Counted from the first letter of the stretch, positions 40,801-51,711 are shown. The stretch: 64,000 nt of DNA from Thermodesulfobacteriota bacterium (GCA_963675595.2 CAXXLZ010000001.1:128001-192000), one strand, 5' to 3'. Translations and numbers: made by a program. The notes: generated by a model not told the origin, from the letters alone.

Positions 40801-42471
40801 GCCGTCACGGACGCGTCGGGGAACTATGCGATCCAGCCGTGTCCGGGCTGGAGCGGCACGGTGACGCCTTCCAAAAGCGGCTGGTTTTTCATTCCCGGAT
40901 CCAGAACCTATGCCGGCCTGGATTCGGACCGGGCGAACCAGGACTATGTGGCGTCCGAATCCCAAACCGAAACGGTTATCCTGTCCGGTTCCGTGACGAC
41001 GGCCTCGATGCAGGGCATCAGCGGGGTTCTAATGACGTTCGGTAACGGTGGAGGAACGGAGACCACCGACGGTCTCGGGGATTACACCCATGAGGTACCC
41101 TACAACTGGAGCGGTACATTGACGCCCTCCAAGGCCGGCTATACGTTCTTCCCATCCTCCAAGACCATTACCAACGCAACCCAAAGCCAAACCCACGACT
41201 TTGTCGGCACGCCTGTGAACGTCGTCATTTCGGGTACGGTCAGTCGGTCTTCCGATAGTGCGCCCCTGTCCGGGGTGTCGATTGCGTACACCGGAGGCTC
41301 CACGGCCACCGACGGCTCGGGGTATTATTCCTTTCAAGTGGCTCCCGGTTGGAGCGGTACGGTAACACCTTCCAAGAGCGGCTACACGTTTTCTCCCGCC
41401 TCCAAGACGTTCAGCAATGTAACCAGCGACCAGACGCAGAACTTCGTCGGCATGGCACAGAACGTCACCATTTCAGGAACGGTGAGCCGGTCTTCCGATA
41501 GTGCGCCCCTATCCGGGGTGTCGGTTGCCTACACCGGAGGCTCCACCGCCACCGACGGCTCGGGGTATTATTCCTTTCAAGTGGCTCCCGGGTGGAGCGG
41601 CACGGTGACGCCGTCCAGGAGCGACTACACGTTTTCTCCCGTGTCAAAGACGTTCACCAACGTAACCGTTTCCCAAACACAGGACTTTGTCGGCACGGTA
41701 CCGGTGATCACCGTCTCGGGAACCGTGTACCAGAATGAAGCGGGCATCGGCATATCCGGCGTCGCGGGGGTCACGATCTCCTATACCGGGGGATCGACCA
41801 GCACAGACAGTTGGGGCTACTATTCCTTTGAAGTGACTTCCGGGTGGAGCGGCACGGTGACCCCGTCCAAAGCCGGATACGATTTCAGTCCTTCCTCCCG
41901 GAGTCTCAGCAATGTAACATCGAATCAGACCGATCAGAATTTCCAGGGCACCACGCAGATGTTCACCATCTCCGGGACCATTACGGCCTCCCCGGGGAGC
42001 CAGCCTTTGTTCGACACGACCGTTTCCTACAACGGCGGCTCCACCACCACGAACAGCTCCGGGTACTACTCGTTTGATGTGCCCTACGGCTGGAGCGGCA
42101 CGGTGACGCCATCCAGGATCGGCTTCAGCTTCAATCCGCCCTCACGCTCCTACAGCAACGTCACTTCGAACAAGACGAACCAGGACTTCGGCGCGGAGTT
42201 GGACATGGTAAACGTTACGGGGACCATCACGTCCTCAACCAACGGCCATCCCATGGCGGGAGTCACGGTGAACAGCACCGGGTCCGGATGGCTGCCGTCG
42301 ACCACGACGGACGCTTCCGGCAACTATCTCCTGATCCTTGCCGCGGGAACCAACGCCGTGGTGACGCCGGCCAAGGCGGGTACGAGTTTTTCGCCGCCGT
42401 CCCGGTCGTATACCAATCTGACCTCGGACCAGACCGGACAGGATTTCGTCGGCGTTCCGGACATCGAATAG
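37834..42471 (+). CDS. Large surface lipoprotein A1: variable Cys-rich head, PKD-like and HYR domains, two GxWK beta domains, 7 carboxypeptidase-regulatory-like repeats
   Basis: Lipobox-like LFASC; HYR pattern ATASD...VVTNDAP...GAHTVTWTADD; repeats with GWSGTVTPSK.GY.F.P; ends FVGVPDIE. Confidence 0.85.
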   Translation: MMMSGANFRPVCIGAVLVIVSSILFASCSFDLSRRWLGRKYLIPAKLVGCKNEQVSCDIGYSSVYNLTITNNFESGKILDRTYAWYVPDVLKGTTMFRVSSESAFALDAMSVITQSEKYHVYVAAYAGSIPSFIFSDGYEPVTDDSGKYVSLTNFSSDHSLDQSVMYVYENASYPPYGKWHFPGFCYGQTSSQCEGKEQFYAVFVKCPVICTPDVMKKEKNKSFTLCISEHDEVNYDPVDIAQLTCDLEASPDYFCEIGEEQSWFVLDEHCSIEQTLRSYEVGSVVEFDPVRSIATIKVEDEEYTRAVRGGLDFEYVLDDEVNRRMIAINVNGMEARIDDVEDFSDISMILLEPSTAVCQDETPPSGEPCSLYAIGKNDFFSNASASYDGDVIIATGSTAQPIQVRVDNQDRSFHMAGGPVVGTIPTEDGDGVRVEVTLDVYGQIVNFAPTVVADLESHTKSSCSDKTNKSPFQLYASGSFDVWDDLPSNPNQYFWYEDYGLVTEHLWGQGTHITIPAYSMGYGVHTITLVVQDNYGVTATDRLELQVIDESSPNLTIPADIVRFLVPPEEAPVYIDIGQATASDGCFGSPVVTNDAPQDGMFGPGAHTVTWTADDLSGNVTTKLQKVYVSQPYEASKCSVWNMDVELRDAINQLRTVIRNCGDLQDCLVDVSAFTGALHSLAARIQQDGTGDAGLDSQIVAKLDQAGGFLEGAEADLLLSNESGQDASTLRAGAVQKVTDALGVLDGLAQLLYPSDRIDGVWKDGQITTSAVTMNFYVQTYATGSTLIIASPDGDTAYAFLDEDASDGFDANDLGGRGHRLTAAFTGNTEGTATLTLLGETPRTYTLSRWFAASVSDGLSGIYKDSPSSAQPGAAATTVSMNAFVQSYEDSWIAILTPDAVHFQVFLNPEKRSGADVDAMGGGAHLYGLFTGDGTGKASIVYPDGSIGHLDLNRWFPISSSAGISGRVTTASGTPLAGVEMTCSDVDSAVTDASGNYAIQPCPGWSGTVTPSKSGWFFIPGSRTYAGLDSDRANQDYVASESQTETVILSGSVTTASMQGISGVLMTFGNGGGTETTDGLGDYTHEVPYNWSGTLTPSKAGYTFFPSSKTITNATQSQTHDFVGTPVNVVISGTVSRSSDSAPLSGVSIAYTGGSTATDGSGYYSFQVAPGWSGTVTPSKSGYTFSPASKTFSNVTSDQTQNFVGMAQNVTISGTVSRSSDSAPLSGVSVAYTGGSTATDGSGYYSFQVAPGWSGTVTPSRSDYTFSPVSKTFTNVTVSQTQDFVGTVPVITVSGTVYQNEAGIGISGVAGVTISYTGGSTSTDSWGYYSFEVTSGWSGTVTPSKAGYDFSPSSRSLSNVTSNQTDQNFQGTTQMFTISGTITASPGSQPLFDTTVSYNGGSTTTNSSGYYSFDVPYGWSGTVTPSRIGFSFNPPSRSYSNVTSNKTNQDFGAELDMVNVTGTITSSTNGHPMAGVTVNSTGSGWLPSTTTDASGNYLLILAAGTNAVVTPAKAGTSFSPPSRSYTNLTSDQTGQDFVGVPDIE

Positions 42472-42921
42472 ACCCGGGCATGGTCCATAGGCATGCCATG
42501 GGATGAAGAACATGGGAATGACGTGCGTGGGAAAACCCCGCGCACGGTGGGGCGTATACGGGAAGGCCCGGCAAGACGGGAAAGCCGGCTTCCTACTCTA
42601 CGGTGCCTATCTGCCTGGAGCGCCGGGCCGTCCACCGAAACGTAGGACGGCAAAGCCTGCAACCAGCCGCCTCTCGATCAATGGTTTCGCGCCGGTTTTC
42701 AGAAAGGCTCGGCTCCGTTGACTGAGAATAAACTCTGTCCGGTGCGGTCCTTGTGGAAAGGCTTTTCAGAGCAATTGTCCATTTTGACATGGTGAATGCT
42801 TGGCCGATGCGTGCATGCAAAGCGGGAGTCAACATATACATCAACAAGTATAAGGCGTTCCGGGTGGAAAACGTGATTTGATTCCGGGAACCAACCAACT
42901 TTGATTCCGAAGGGAACGATT

Positions 42922-45900
42922 ATGAACGGAAGATTATCTCCAATCGCTCGTCTGGTTGCCGTATTGTCTCTCTTGGGCGCCTTGCCGTTGATGGGATGTG
43001 GAATCGGCTACATCACGCTGAGTACAAGGCTATACGAGCTTACCGCAATGTTTTATCCTTGCTCACCCGAAAACCTACCGTGCAAATTTCAGATAAGTTC
43101 AACTGCCTCTGTAACCGGAGACATTTCGTTGTACACAGATATCGTGGAGGATTTGGGAAAAGATAAGGATAAAGCATATTACGTGTATTACAATCTTGTG
43201 ACGGAAGACAATGACGGGCTTATCGTCGAAATCCCGGATGAGCTAAAGGGCGCTACGGTAATACGGAGTCCAAGTCGTTGGGGTGATAATAGACCGCAAA
43301 ATCTAGTCTTGGATTTTGAAGACGACTTTGAGGCGCTTTATGTGGCGGTTGATAATGAAAACATACCCACATTCATACGAAGCGATACTCGTTACGTGCC
43401 TTACCAACCACAGGGTACGGATGGCGGAGGGTATAGTCAGTCACTGGTTTTGTACGTAGGCGGACAACTTAAACAAATGCGTCTTTACAAATATGACTTT
43501 GGTGACCATGACAAGACCGGCCTCTTTTCGATTCCCGGTGTTTGTTACGGAGGCCAGGAGGGGTGCGACACGTTGAATTACATTGTCTTTGTGCAACCGA
43601 ACAAGCAATGCAGTGGGGTGACGAGTTCCATCCCGGATGCTTTTAACAGATACAGGTTCTGCCTGAAGGCATCGGAGCTGGATTCATTCGATGAAGAGAT
43701 GGCGGCCATGTTGGCGTGTAATGCCAAATACGGCAGTGGTACGGAATTCTGCGCGGTAACCGGCTATGATGAGTGGACCTACTTGGGTTCCGATTGCGAG
43801 TATGACGACGGCGCCGGTTTGAGGACTTTCAGTGGGGAATCCTATGAGGTCGGCTCGATCGTCGAGTTCGACCCGGTGCGTTCCATCGCCACGATCAAGG
43901 TGGAGGACGAGGAATACACGCGGGCCGTGCGCGGTAGTCTTGATTTCGAGTACGTGCTGGACGATGAGATCAACCGCCGAATGATCGCCGTGACCGTCAA
44001 CGGTATGCAGGCGAGAATCGACGACGTGGAGGACTTTTCCGACATTTCCATGGTGTTGGTCGAACCCGCGACGGCTGCGTGCGGGGATGAAAATCCTCCC
44101 TCGGGGGAGCCCTGCTCCTTGTACACTATAAGCGCGAACGATTTTTTCAGCAGCGCGAGCGCCTCCTATGACGGAGATGTGATCGTAGCCACAGGCTACA
44201 CATCGGAACCGATCCATGTGCGGGTGGACGATCAGGACCGGTCCTTCCACATGGCCGGAGGACCCGTGGTGGGCACCATCCCCACGGACGACGGGAAAGG
44301 CGTGCGGGTGGAAGTCACGGTGGACCTCTACGGCCAAATCGTCAACTTCGCCCCCACGTTGATTGCGGACCTGGAATCACACACCAAATCCTCGTGTTCG
44401 GACAGGACCAACAAGACGCCGATTCAGTTGTACGCCTCCGGGTCTTTCGACATCTGGGACGACCTGCCTTCCAATCCCAACGAGTATTACTGGTACGAGG
44501 ACTACAGGCTCGTGACGGAGCACCTGTGGGGCCAGGGGACTCACGTGACCATCCCCGCGTATTCACTGGGCTACGGCGTGCACACCATCACCCTGGTGGT
44601 GCGGGACAACTACGGTGTCACAGCCACGGACCGGCTGGAGGTGCAGGTCGTTGATGACTCTCCCCCCAGCCTGACCATCCCCGCGGACATCATCCGGTTC
44701 CTGGTGCCGCCCGAGGAAGCGCCCGTGTACATCGATATCGGCCAAGCCACGGCGAGCGACGGTTGTTTCGGATCGCCCGTGGTCACCAACGACGCTCCGC
44801 AGGACGGCATGTTCGGGCCCGGTGCCCATACGGTTACCTGGACCGCCGACGACGGTGCCGGAAACGTTACGACCAAATTGCAGAAGGTGTACGTATCCCA
44901 ACCGTACGAAGCTTCCAAGTGTTCCGTGTGGAATGTAGACGTGGAGTTGCGGGACTCCGTCAACCAGCTCAGGGCCGCCATTCGGAATTGTGGCGATCTC
45001 CAGGACTGCCTGGTGGACGTGAGCGCATTTACCGGAGCTTTGCACTCCCTCGCGGCCCGGATTCAGCAGGATGGAACCGGGGATGCCGGCCTGGACTCCC
45101 AGATCGTGGCCAAGCTCGATCAGGCGGGAGGGTTCCTCGAAGGGGCCGAGGCCGATCTTCTGTTGTCCAACGAGTCGGGTCAGGACGCGGCAACCCTGCG
45201 TGCCGGCGCCGTCCAAAAAGTGACGGACGCCTTGGGCGCGCTGGACGGACTGGCACAGCTCCTGTATCCGTCCGACCGGATCGACGGCGTGTGGAAGGAC
45301 GGGCAGATCACGACGTCCGCGGTGACCATGAACTTCTATGTCCAGACCTATGCCACGGGCTCCACGCTGATCATTGCTTCACCGGACGGCGACACGGCCT
45401 ATGCGTTTCTGGATGAGGACGCATCCGACGGATTCGATGCAAACGATCTGGGCGGCCGGGGCCACCGGTTGACCGCCGCCTTTTCCGGCAACACCGAGGG
45501 AACGGCGACGCTGACCCTTTTGGGCGAAACGCCTCGAACCTACACCCTCAGCCGCTGGTTCGCCGCGTCGGTGTCCGACGGGTTGTCCGGAATCTACAAG
45601 GATTCGCCCTCATCCGCCCAACCCGGCGCCTCAGCGACCACCGTTTCCATGAACGCGTTCGTGCAGAGCTACGAAGACTCCTGGATCGCCATCCTTACGC
45701 CGGACGCGGTGAATTTCGAGGTGTTTCTCAATCCGGAGAAACGCAGTGGTGCGGACGTGGACGCCATGGGCGGCGGAGCGCACCTGTACGGTCTTTTTAC
45801 GGGAGACGGGACGGGCAAGGCCTCCATCGTGTACCCGGACGGCTCGATCGGGCATCTCGACCTCAATCGCTGGTTTCCGATCTCGTCTTCGGCGGGAATC

Positions 45901-47658
45901 TCCGGTCGCGTCACCACGGCTTCGGGGACGCCGCTGGCCGGCGTGGAAATGACGTGCAGCGATGTCGATTCCGCCGTCACGGACGCGTCGGGGAACTATG
46001 CGATCCAGCCGTGTCCGGGCTGGAGCGGCACGGTGACGCCTTCCAAAAGCGGCTGGTTTTTCATTCCCGGATCCAGAACCTATGCCGGGCTGGATTCGGA
46101 CCGGGCGAACCAGGACTATGTGGCGTCCGAATCCCAATCCGAAACGGTTATTCTATCCGGTTCCGTGACGACGGCCTCGATGCAGGGCATCAGCGGCGTT
46201 CTGATGACGTTCGGCGGCGGGGGCACGGAAACCACGGACGGTCTCGGGGATTACACCCATGAGGTGCTCTACAACTGGAGCGGTACATTGACGCCCTCCA
46301 AGGCCGGCTATACGTTCTTCCCCTCCTCCAAGACCATTACCAACGCAACCGAAAGCCAAACCCACGACTTTGTCGGCACGCCTGTGAACGTCGTTATTTC
46401 GGGCACGGTCAGTCGGTCTTCCGATAGTGCGCCCCTATCCGGGGTGTCGGTTTCGTACACCGGTGGCTCCACGGCCACCGACGCCTCGGGGTATTATTCC
46501 TTTGCAGTGTCGCCCGGGTGGAGCGGCACGGTAACACCGTCCAAGAGCGGCTACACGTTTTCTCCCGCTTCCAAGACGTTCACCAACGTAACCGTTTCCC
46601 AAACACAGGACTTCGTCGGCACGACGCTGAACGTGGTGGTTTCGGGTACGGTCAGCCGATCTTCCGATAGCGTGCCCCTATCCGGGGTGTCGATTTCGTA
46701 CACCGGAGGCTCCACCACCACCGACGGTTCGGGATATTATTCCTTTGAAGTGTCTCCCGGCTGGAGCGGTACGGTGACGCCGTCCAAGAGCGGCTACACG
46801 TTTTCTCCCGCTTCCAAGACGATCAACAATGTTTCAAGCGACCAGTCACAGGATTTCGTCGGCACCCTTCAGGACGTAACCGTCTCCGGACTCGTATACC
46901 AGAACGAAGCAGGTCTGGGGGTGTCCGGCGTCGCAGGTGTCGTGATTACCTATCATGATTTCCTATACTCGACCGGGTCAGCAACGACTACCGATGGTTC
47001 GGGCTACTACTCGTTCGAAGTGAAATACGGTTGGAGCGGCACACTGATGCCATCCAAAGCGGGATACGATTTCAGCCCTCCGTCCCGGAGTCTCAGCAAT
47101 GTGACGTCGAATCAGACCGATCAGAATTTCCAGGGCGCCACGCAGATGTTCACCATCTCCGGGACCATCACGGCATCCCCGGGGAGCCAGCCTCTGTTCG
47201 ACACGACCGTTTCCTACAGCGGCGGCTCCACCACCACGGACAGCTCCGGGTACTACTCGTTTGATGTGCCCTACGGCTGGAGCGGCACGGTGACGCCGTC
47301 CAGGATCGGCTTCAGCTTCAACCCGCCCTCGCGCTCCTACAGCAACGTCACTTCGGATCAAGCCGACCAGGACTTCGGTGCGGAGTTGGACATGGTAAAC
47401 GTTACGGGGACCATCACGTCCTCAACCAACGGCCAACCCATGGCGGGAGTCGCGGTGAACAGCACCGGGTCCGGATGGATGCCGTCGACCACGACGGATG
47501 CTTCCGGCAACTATCTCCTGATCCTTGCCGCGGGAACCGACGCCGTGGTGACGCCGTCCAAGGCCGGTACGACTTTCTCGCCGCCGTCACGGTCGTACAC
47601 CAATTTGACCTCGGGCCAGAGCGGACAGGATTTTGTCGGCGTTCCGGACATCGAATAA
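42922..47658 (+). CDS. Large surface lipoprotein A2, paralogue of A1
   Basis: Lipobox LMGC; highly similar to A1 from YEVGS (~43840) onward; 7 repeats; ends FVGVPDIE. Confidence 0.85.
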   Translation: MNGRLSPIARLVAVLSLLGALPLMGCGIGYITLSTRLYELTAMFYPCSPENLPCKFQISSTASVTGDISLYTDIVEDLGKDKDKAYYVYYNLVTEDNDGLIVEIPDELKGATVIRSPSRWGDNRPQNLVLDFEDDFEALYVAVDNENIPTFIRSDTRYVPYQPQGTDGGGYSQSLVLYVGGQLKQMRLYKYDFGDHDKTGLFSIPGVCYGGQEGCDTLNYIVFVQPNKQCSGVTSSIPDAFNRYRFCLKASELDSFDEEMAAMLACNAKYGSGTEFCAVTGYDEWTYLGSDCEYDDGAGLRTFSGESYEVGSIVEFDPVRSIATIKVEDEEYTRAVRGSLDFEYVLDDEINRRMIAVTVNGMQARIDDVEDFSDISMVLVEPATAACGDENPPSGEPCSLYTISANDFFSSASASYDGDVIVATGYTSEPIHVRVDDQDRSFHMAGGPVVGTIPTDDGKGVRVEVTVDLYGQIVNFAPTLIADLESHTKSSCSDRTNKTPIQLYASGSFDIWDDLPSNPNEYYWYEDYRLVTEHLWGQGTHVTIPAYSLGYGVHTITLVVRDNYGVTATDRLEVQVVDDSPPSLTIPADIIRFLVPPEEAPVYIDIGQATASDGCFGSPVVTNDAPQDGMFGPGAHTVTWTADDGAGNVTTKLQKVYVSQPYEASKCSVWNVDVELRDSVNQLRAAIRNCGDLQDCLVDVSAFTGALHSLAARIQQDGTGDAGLDSQIVAKLDQAGGFLEGAEADLLLSNESGQDAATLRAGAVQKVTDALGALDGLAQLLYPSDRIDGVWKDGQITTSAVTMNFYVQTYATGSTLIIASPDGDTAYAFLDEDASDGFDANDLGGRGHRLTAAFSGNTEGTATLTLLGETPRTYTLSRWFAASVSDGLSGIYKDSPSSAQPGASATTVSMNAFVQSYEDSWIAILTPDAVNFEVFLNPEKRSGADVDAMGGGAHLYGLFTGDGTGKASIVYPDGSIGHLDLNRWFPISSSAGISGRVTTASGTPLAGVEMTCSDVDSAVTDASGNYAIQPCPGWSGTVTPSKSGWFFIPGSRTYAGLDSDRANQDYVASESQSETVILSGSVTTASMQGISGVLMTFGGGGTETTDGLGDYTHEVLYNWSGTLTPSKAGYTFFPSSKTITNATESQTHDFVGTPVNVVISGTVSRSSDSAPLSGVSVSYTGGSTATDASGYYSFAVSPGWSGTVTPSKSGYTFSPASKTFTNVTVSQTQDFVGTTLNVVVSGTVSRSSDSVPLSGVSISYTGGSTTTDGSGYYSFEVSPGWSGTVTPSKSGYTFSPASKTINNVSSDQSQDFVGTLQDVTVSGLVYQNEAGLGVSGVAGVVITYHDFLYSTGSATTTDGSGYYSFEVKYGWSGTLMPSKAGYDFSPPSRSLSNVTSNQTDQNFQGATQMFTISGTITASPGSQPLFDTTVSYSGGSTTTDSSGYYSFDVPYGWSGTVTPSRIGFSFNPPSRSYSNVTSDQADQDFGAELDMVNVTGTITSSTNGQPMAGVAVNSTGSGWMPSTTTDASGNYLLILAAGTDAVVTPSKAGTTFSPPSRSYTNLTSGQSGQDFVGVPDIE

Positions 47659-47891
47659 ACCTTTCACCTTCGGTTTCGGGAGGTTCGTTGCGTTCTCATC
47701 GCACATGGACCGAATTGTTTCGACTTTGTCCGTTGGCAGCCGCCGTGAACGAAACGGGTTGGTTCTTTTCATACCGGTCCGTAACGACAGCGGCCTTTCA
47801 GGGACTTCACGGAAAACAAAGGGTGTGAACGATTTTATCGGCGTTCTCCACGATTGTTCCAATTTGTGCGGAAAAATAAAGGGAGACAGGC

Positions 47892-50800
47892 ATGGGAAGA
47901 AGAAGCTGTTTTATGACGGGGCTTGCCTTGTTTTTTCTCGGGGTGTTCCTTTCGGGCAACGTCATGGCCCAGTATCAGGGCATCTGGAAGGACGATGTAT
48001 CCGAGCACGCACATAATTTCTACATTCAACATTATGCGACCGGTTCAACCATCGTTGTCTATACGCAGGACGCGCGAACCTTTTATGCGTTTGTATCGGA
48101 CATGGCAGACGAGGAGTTCGATGCGTATTCCATGGATCCAGCCCGAAGCAAGCGATTGAATATCGCGTTCTTATCCGACGAGTCGGGCACGGCAACCATT
48201 ACCGACAATTCAGAGTCATCGCCACAGCCGGTACAAGTGGCGATACGCAAGGAATTCAACGCGATACGTACGCAGCATTCGGGCATATGGAAAGACCCGA
48301 GCAACTCGGTCAACATCTATCTCCAGGAATACGAAACCGGATCCACCATCGTGGTGTTCACGTTCGACGGCCTGAATTATCAAGCCTTTCTGGGGGCCGT
48401 TGACGAGGCGAGTCTTGAAGCCAATAACGTCGCGGATCAGAGCGAAGTGATGACGTTGGATTTCTCCGACATCAGTGCAGCCTACGTACAGGTTTCCTCT
48501 TCGGACATCTCATCCGCGGCTATCCCCAATGGCGGCTTCTCCTATGATATTCTAAAGAAATTTCCGCCCCCTGAATTCGACTACTGTTTCACGGCCAACC
48601 CGCGTTACGGCACGGCTCCGCTGGAAGTCCAGTTTCAAGATGTGTCTCTGCAGCCCGCCTCGTCATGGACTTGGTTTTTTGGGGACGGGGAGACCAGTGG
48701 GGAAAAGAACCCTGTGCACACCTATGCCCAGCCCGGTACGTATAGCGTGTCTTTGGGCCTCAGCTGCCAAGACGGCTTTTTGTTGCTCGTGACCTCTGAT
48801 TACATACATGTTTTTGAAACTTGGGACCCGGTCATATCCGGCACGATCACGGTGGCGGAGGGAGGCACGGGGCTTCCCTACGCCGGCGTCGATTTCAGCA
48901 ACGGCGGCGGATCCTGTACGGCCGACGGCGAGGGATACTACGTTCATCAAACATCCGACGGATGGAACGGAACGGCGACTCCATCTTCCACCGGATACAT
49001 CTTCGATCCGGCGGACCGCACCTATGTTTATGTCACCTCGGACAAACCGGGCGACGACTATGTGGCCACCGGAGTCGAGACGGTAAACATTTCGGGAAGG
49101 GTGACTACGCCCGGAGGGGGCGCGGAGGATGTGACCATCACACTCAGTAACGGCGCCGGGAACGCGGTTACGGACTTCAATGGATACTACAACGTGCAGG
49201 TCCCTAAAGGATGGAGCGGTACCGTTACGCCGTATGCCGAGAACGTCGTGTTTGAGCCTTCCCAACGAGCCTTCACCCAGGTCGACTCGAACCAGGCGGA
49301 TCAGAACTTCCTGGTATATGTCCAAATAGCGGGCCTCATCATCAAGGGTGACGTTACACAACCCTGTGGGGAGTCGCGTTTCTCCACACCCGTCAGCGGC
49401 GTAACAGTGGTTGCCGTCCAGGGGAGCGATACATGGACGGCGCTGACCAATGCGTCGGGGGCGTATGACCTGCGGGTGCCTTTCGGATTTACCGGTGTGG
49501 CTACGCCGGAGAAGGAAGGTTGGGTCTTCTCTCCGGAGCAGCGTCAATATACAAACATTTCCTCCAACGTATCGTCGGATCAACTGAGTGACGGAATAAA
49601 CTTCGTCGGTGTTGTTTACGAACCTTTCCCCGTGTCCGGGCGGGTGACCGATGCGGGTGTCGGCCTCGCCGGCGTAACTGTGGAGTTCGACAACTCGGGG
49701 GGCACCGCCTTGACGGACGGCGACGGCTACTACAGCATGGAGATGGATCCTCTGTGGGGTGGACACATAACCCCGTCTCTGGAAGGGTATACCTTCGTTC
49801 CCCTATTTGCCACATTGGACCCTTATCTCTCTTGTGATTCTACGCATGTCGATTTCGTCGTCACGCCTGAAGCCGAGGTTACCATATCCGGGTATGTTCG
49901 GACCGAGTCGGGCACGCCTCTCGGTGGGGTAGTATTGGACTTTGGGAGCGCCGGGGAGACCCAGACCTTCTTTTCGGGCGCCTATTCAAAGGCGGTCCCG
50001 GTCGGCTGGAGCGGCACGGTGACGGCGTCCAAAAGCGGCTACACGTTTTCGCCCACTTCCAAGACATTCAGCAATGTAACCACCCACCAGACGCAGGATT
50101 TCCTGGGCATGCCCACGACTGTAACCATATCGGGCGTGGTCGGGACATCGTCCGGCAGCCCCATGAGCGGCGTGGGATTGACGTTCAGCGGTTCCGACGG
50201 GACTGTTACGACCACAACGGATGTTTCCGGCCATTACAGCAGGGCGGTGACCTATGGCTGGAGCGGCACGGTGACGGCGTCCAAGAGCGGCTACACGTTT
50301 TCACCCACCTCCAAGACGTTCAGCAATGTAACCGCCGACCAGACGCAGAACTTCACCGGTACGGCGCAGAGCGTCCTCATTTCGGGGACCGTCAGCCGGT
50401 CTTCCGATGGTGCGCCCCTATCCGGAGTGTCGGTTTCGTACACCGGAGGCTCCACCACTACCGACAGTTCGGGGTATTATTTCTTTCAGGCGGCTTCCGG
50501 TTGGAGCGGCACGGTGACGCCGTCCAAAGGCGGCTACACGTTTTCTCCCGCTTCCAAGACGTTCAGCAATGTAACCACCGATCAGACGCAGAACTTCGTC
50601 GGCACGGCGTTGAAGATCGCGGTCTCGGGAAACGTGTATCAGAGCGAAGGAGGGTATGGCTCGTCCGGTGTCGTGGGGGTCACGGTCTCCTATACCGGAG
50701 GCACAACAACGACCAATAGTTCGGGTGACTATTCCTTCGAAGTGAATTCCGGCTGGAGCGGCACGGTGACCCCGTCCAAAGCGGGATATGACTTTGATCC

Positions 50801-51380
50801 TTCCTCCCGGAGCTACAGCAACATCACTTCGAATCAGACCCATCAGAACTACGTGGGCACCGCGCAGACGTTCACCATTTCCGGAACCATCACGGCCTCC
50901 CCGGGCAGTCAGCCTCTGTTCGATACGACCGTTTCCTACAGCGGCGGCTCCACCACCACGAACAGCTCCGGGTACTACTCGTTTGATGTGTCCTACGGCT
51001 GGAGCGGCACGGTGACGCCGTCCAGGATCGGCTTCAGTTTCAACCCGCCCTCGCGCTCCTACAGCAACGTCACTTCGAACAAGACGAGCCAAGACTTCGG
51101 CGCGGAGTTGGACATGGTAAACGTTACGGGGACCATCACGTCCTCAACCAACGGCCAACCCATGGTGGGAGTCGCGGTGAACAGCACCGGGTCCGGATGG
51201 ATGCCGTCGAGCACGACGGACGCTTCCGGCAACTACCTCCTGATTCTTGCCGCGGGAACCAACGCCGTGGTGACGCCGTCCAAGGCCGGTACGACTTTCT
51301 CGCCGCCGTCCCGGTCGTACACCAATTTGACCTCGGGCCAGAGCGGACAGAATTTTGTCGGCATTCCGGACATCGAATAA
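47892..51380 (+). CDS. Large exported protein B1: two GxWK domains, PKD domain, 10 carboxypeptidase-regulatory-like repeats
   Basis: Signal peptide ending VMA; PKD motif GTAPLEVQF...WFFGDG...NPVHTY..PGTYSVSL; ends FVGIPDIE. Confidence 0.85.
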   Translation: MGRRSCFMTGLALFFLGVFLSGNVMAQYQGIWKDDVSEHAHNFYIQHYATGSTIVVYTQDARTFYAFVSDMADEEFDAYSMDPARSKRLNIAFLSDESGTATITDNSESSPQPVQVAIRKEFNAIRTQHSGIWKDPSNSVNIYLQEYETGSTIVVFTFDGLNYQAFLGAVDEASLEANNVADQSEVMTLDFSDISAAYVQVSSSDISSAAIPNGGFSYDILKKFPPPEFDYCFTANPRYGTAPLEVQFQDVSLQPASSWTWFFGDGETSGEKNPVHTYAQPGTYSVSLGLSCQDGFLLLVTSDYIHVFETWDPVISGTITVAEGGTGLPYAGVDFSNGGGSCTADGEGYYVHQTSDGWNGTATPSSTGYIFDPADRTYVYVTSDKPGDDYVATGVETVNISGRVTTPGGGAEDVTITLSNGAGNAVTDFNGYYNVQVPKGWSGTVTPYAENVVFEPSQRAFTQVDSNQADQNFLVYVQIAGLIIKGDVTQPCGESRFSTPVSGVTVVAVQGSDTWTALTNASGAYDLRVPFGFTGVATPEKEGWVFSPEQRQYTNISSNVSSDQLSDGINFVGVVYEPFPVSGRVTDAGVGLAGVTVEFDNSGGTALTDGDGYYSMEMDPLWGGHITPSLEGYTFVPLFATLDPYLSCDSTHVDFVVTPEAEVTISGYVRTESGTPLGGVVLDFGSAGETQTFFSGAYSKAVPVGWSGTVTASKSGYTFSPTSKTFSNVTTHQTQDFLGMPTTVTISGVVGTSSGSPMSGVGLTFSGSDGTVTTTTDVSGHYSRAVTYGWSGTVTASKSGYTFSPTSKTFSNVTADQTQNFTGTAQSVLISGTVSRSSDGAPLSGVSVSYTGGSTTTDSSGYYFFQAASGWSGTVTPSKGGYTFSPASKTFSNVTTDQTQNFVGTALKIAVSGNVYQSEGGYGSSGVVGVTVSYTGGTTTTNSSGDYSFEVNSGWSGTVTPSKAGYDFDPSSRSYSNITSNQTHQNYVGTAQTFTISGTITASPGSQPLFDTTVSYSGGSTTTNSSGYYSFDVSYGWSGTVTPSRIGFSFNPPSRSYSNVTSNKTSQDFGAELDMVNVTGTITSSTNGQPMVGVAVNSTGSGWMPSSTTDASGNYLLILAAGTNAVVTPSKAGTTFSPPSRSYTNLTSGQSGQNFVGIPDIE

Positions 51381-51711
51381 ACTTTTCGTAGAGATTCACC
51401 GGGGAAGACTGTCGAGGAAGTCCTCCCCGGCTCCCTGCAAAACGACCTGAGCCGGTCTTAACGCCTCCGGCGAAGAGGCCGGCGGCGAAAATGAATTCCG
51501 GGAAACCAGGATTTCGGGGAGGGGACGGTCCAAGCGCCTTCGCGGCCTCTAAGGATGATCGCGTTCTCACCACACATGGACTCGACTTTTTCGACTGTGT
51601 TCGTTTGCAGCGGCCGTCAAGGGAATCCACGGAAAACACGGGGCGTGAACAATTTTATAGGCGTTCTCCATGATTGTTCCAATTTGTGTGGAAAAATAAA
51701 GGGAGACAGGC

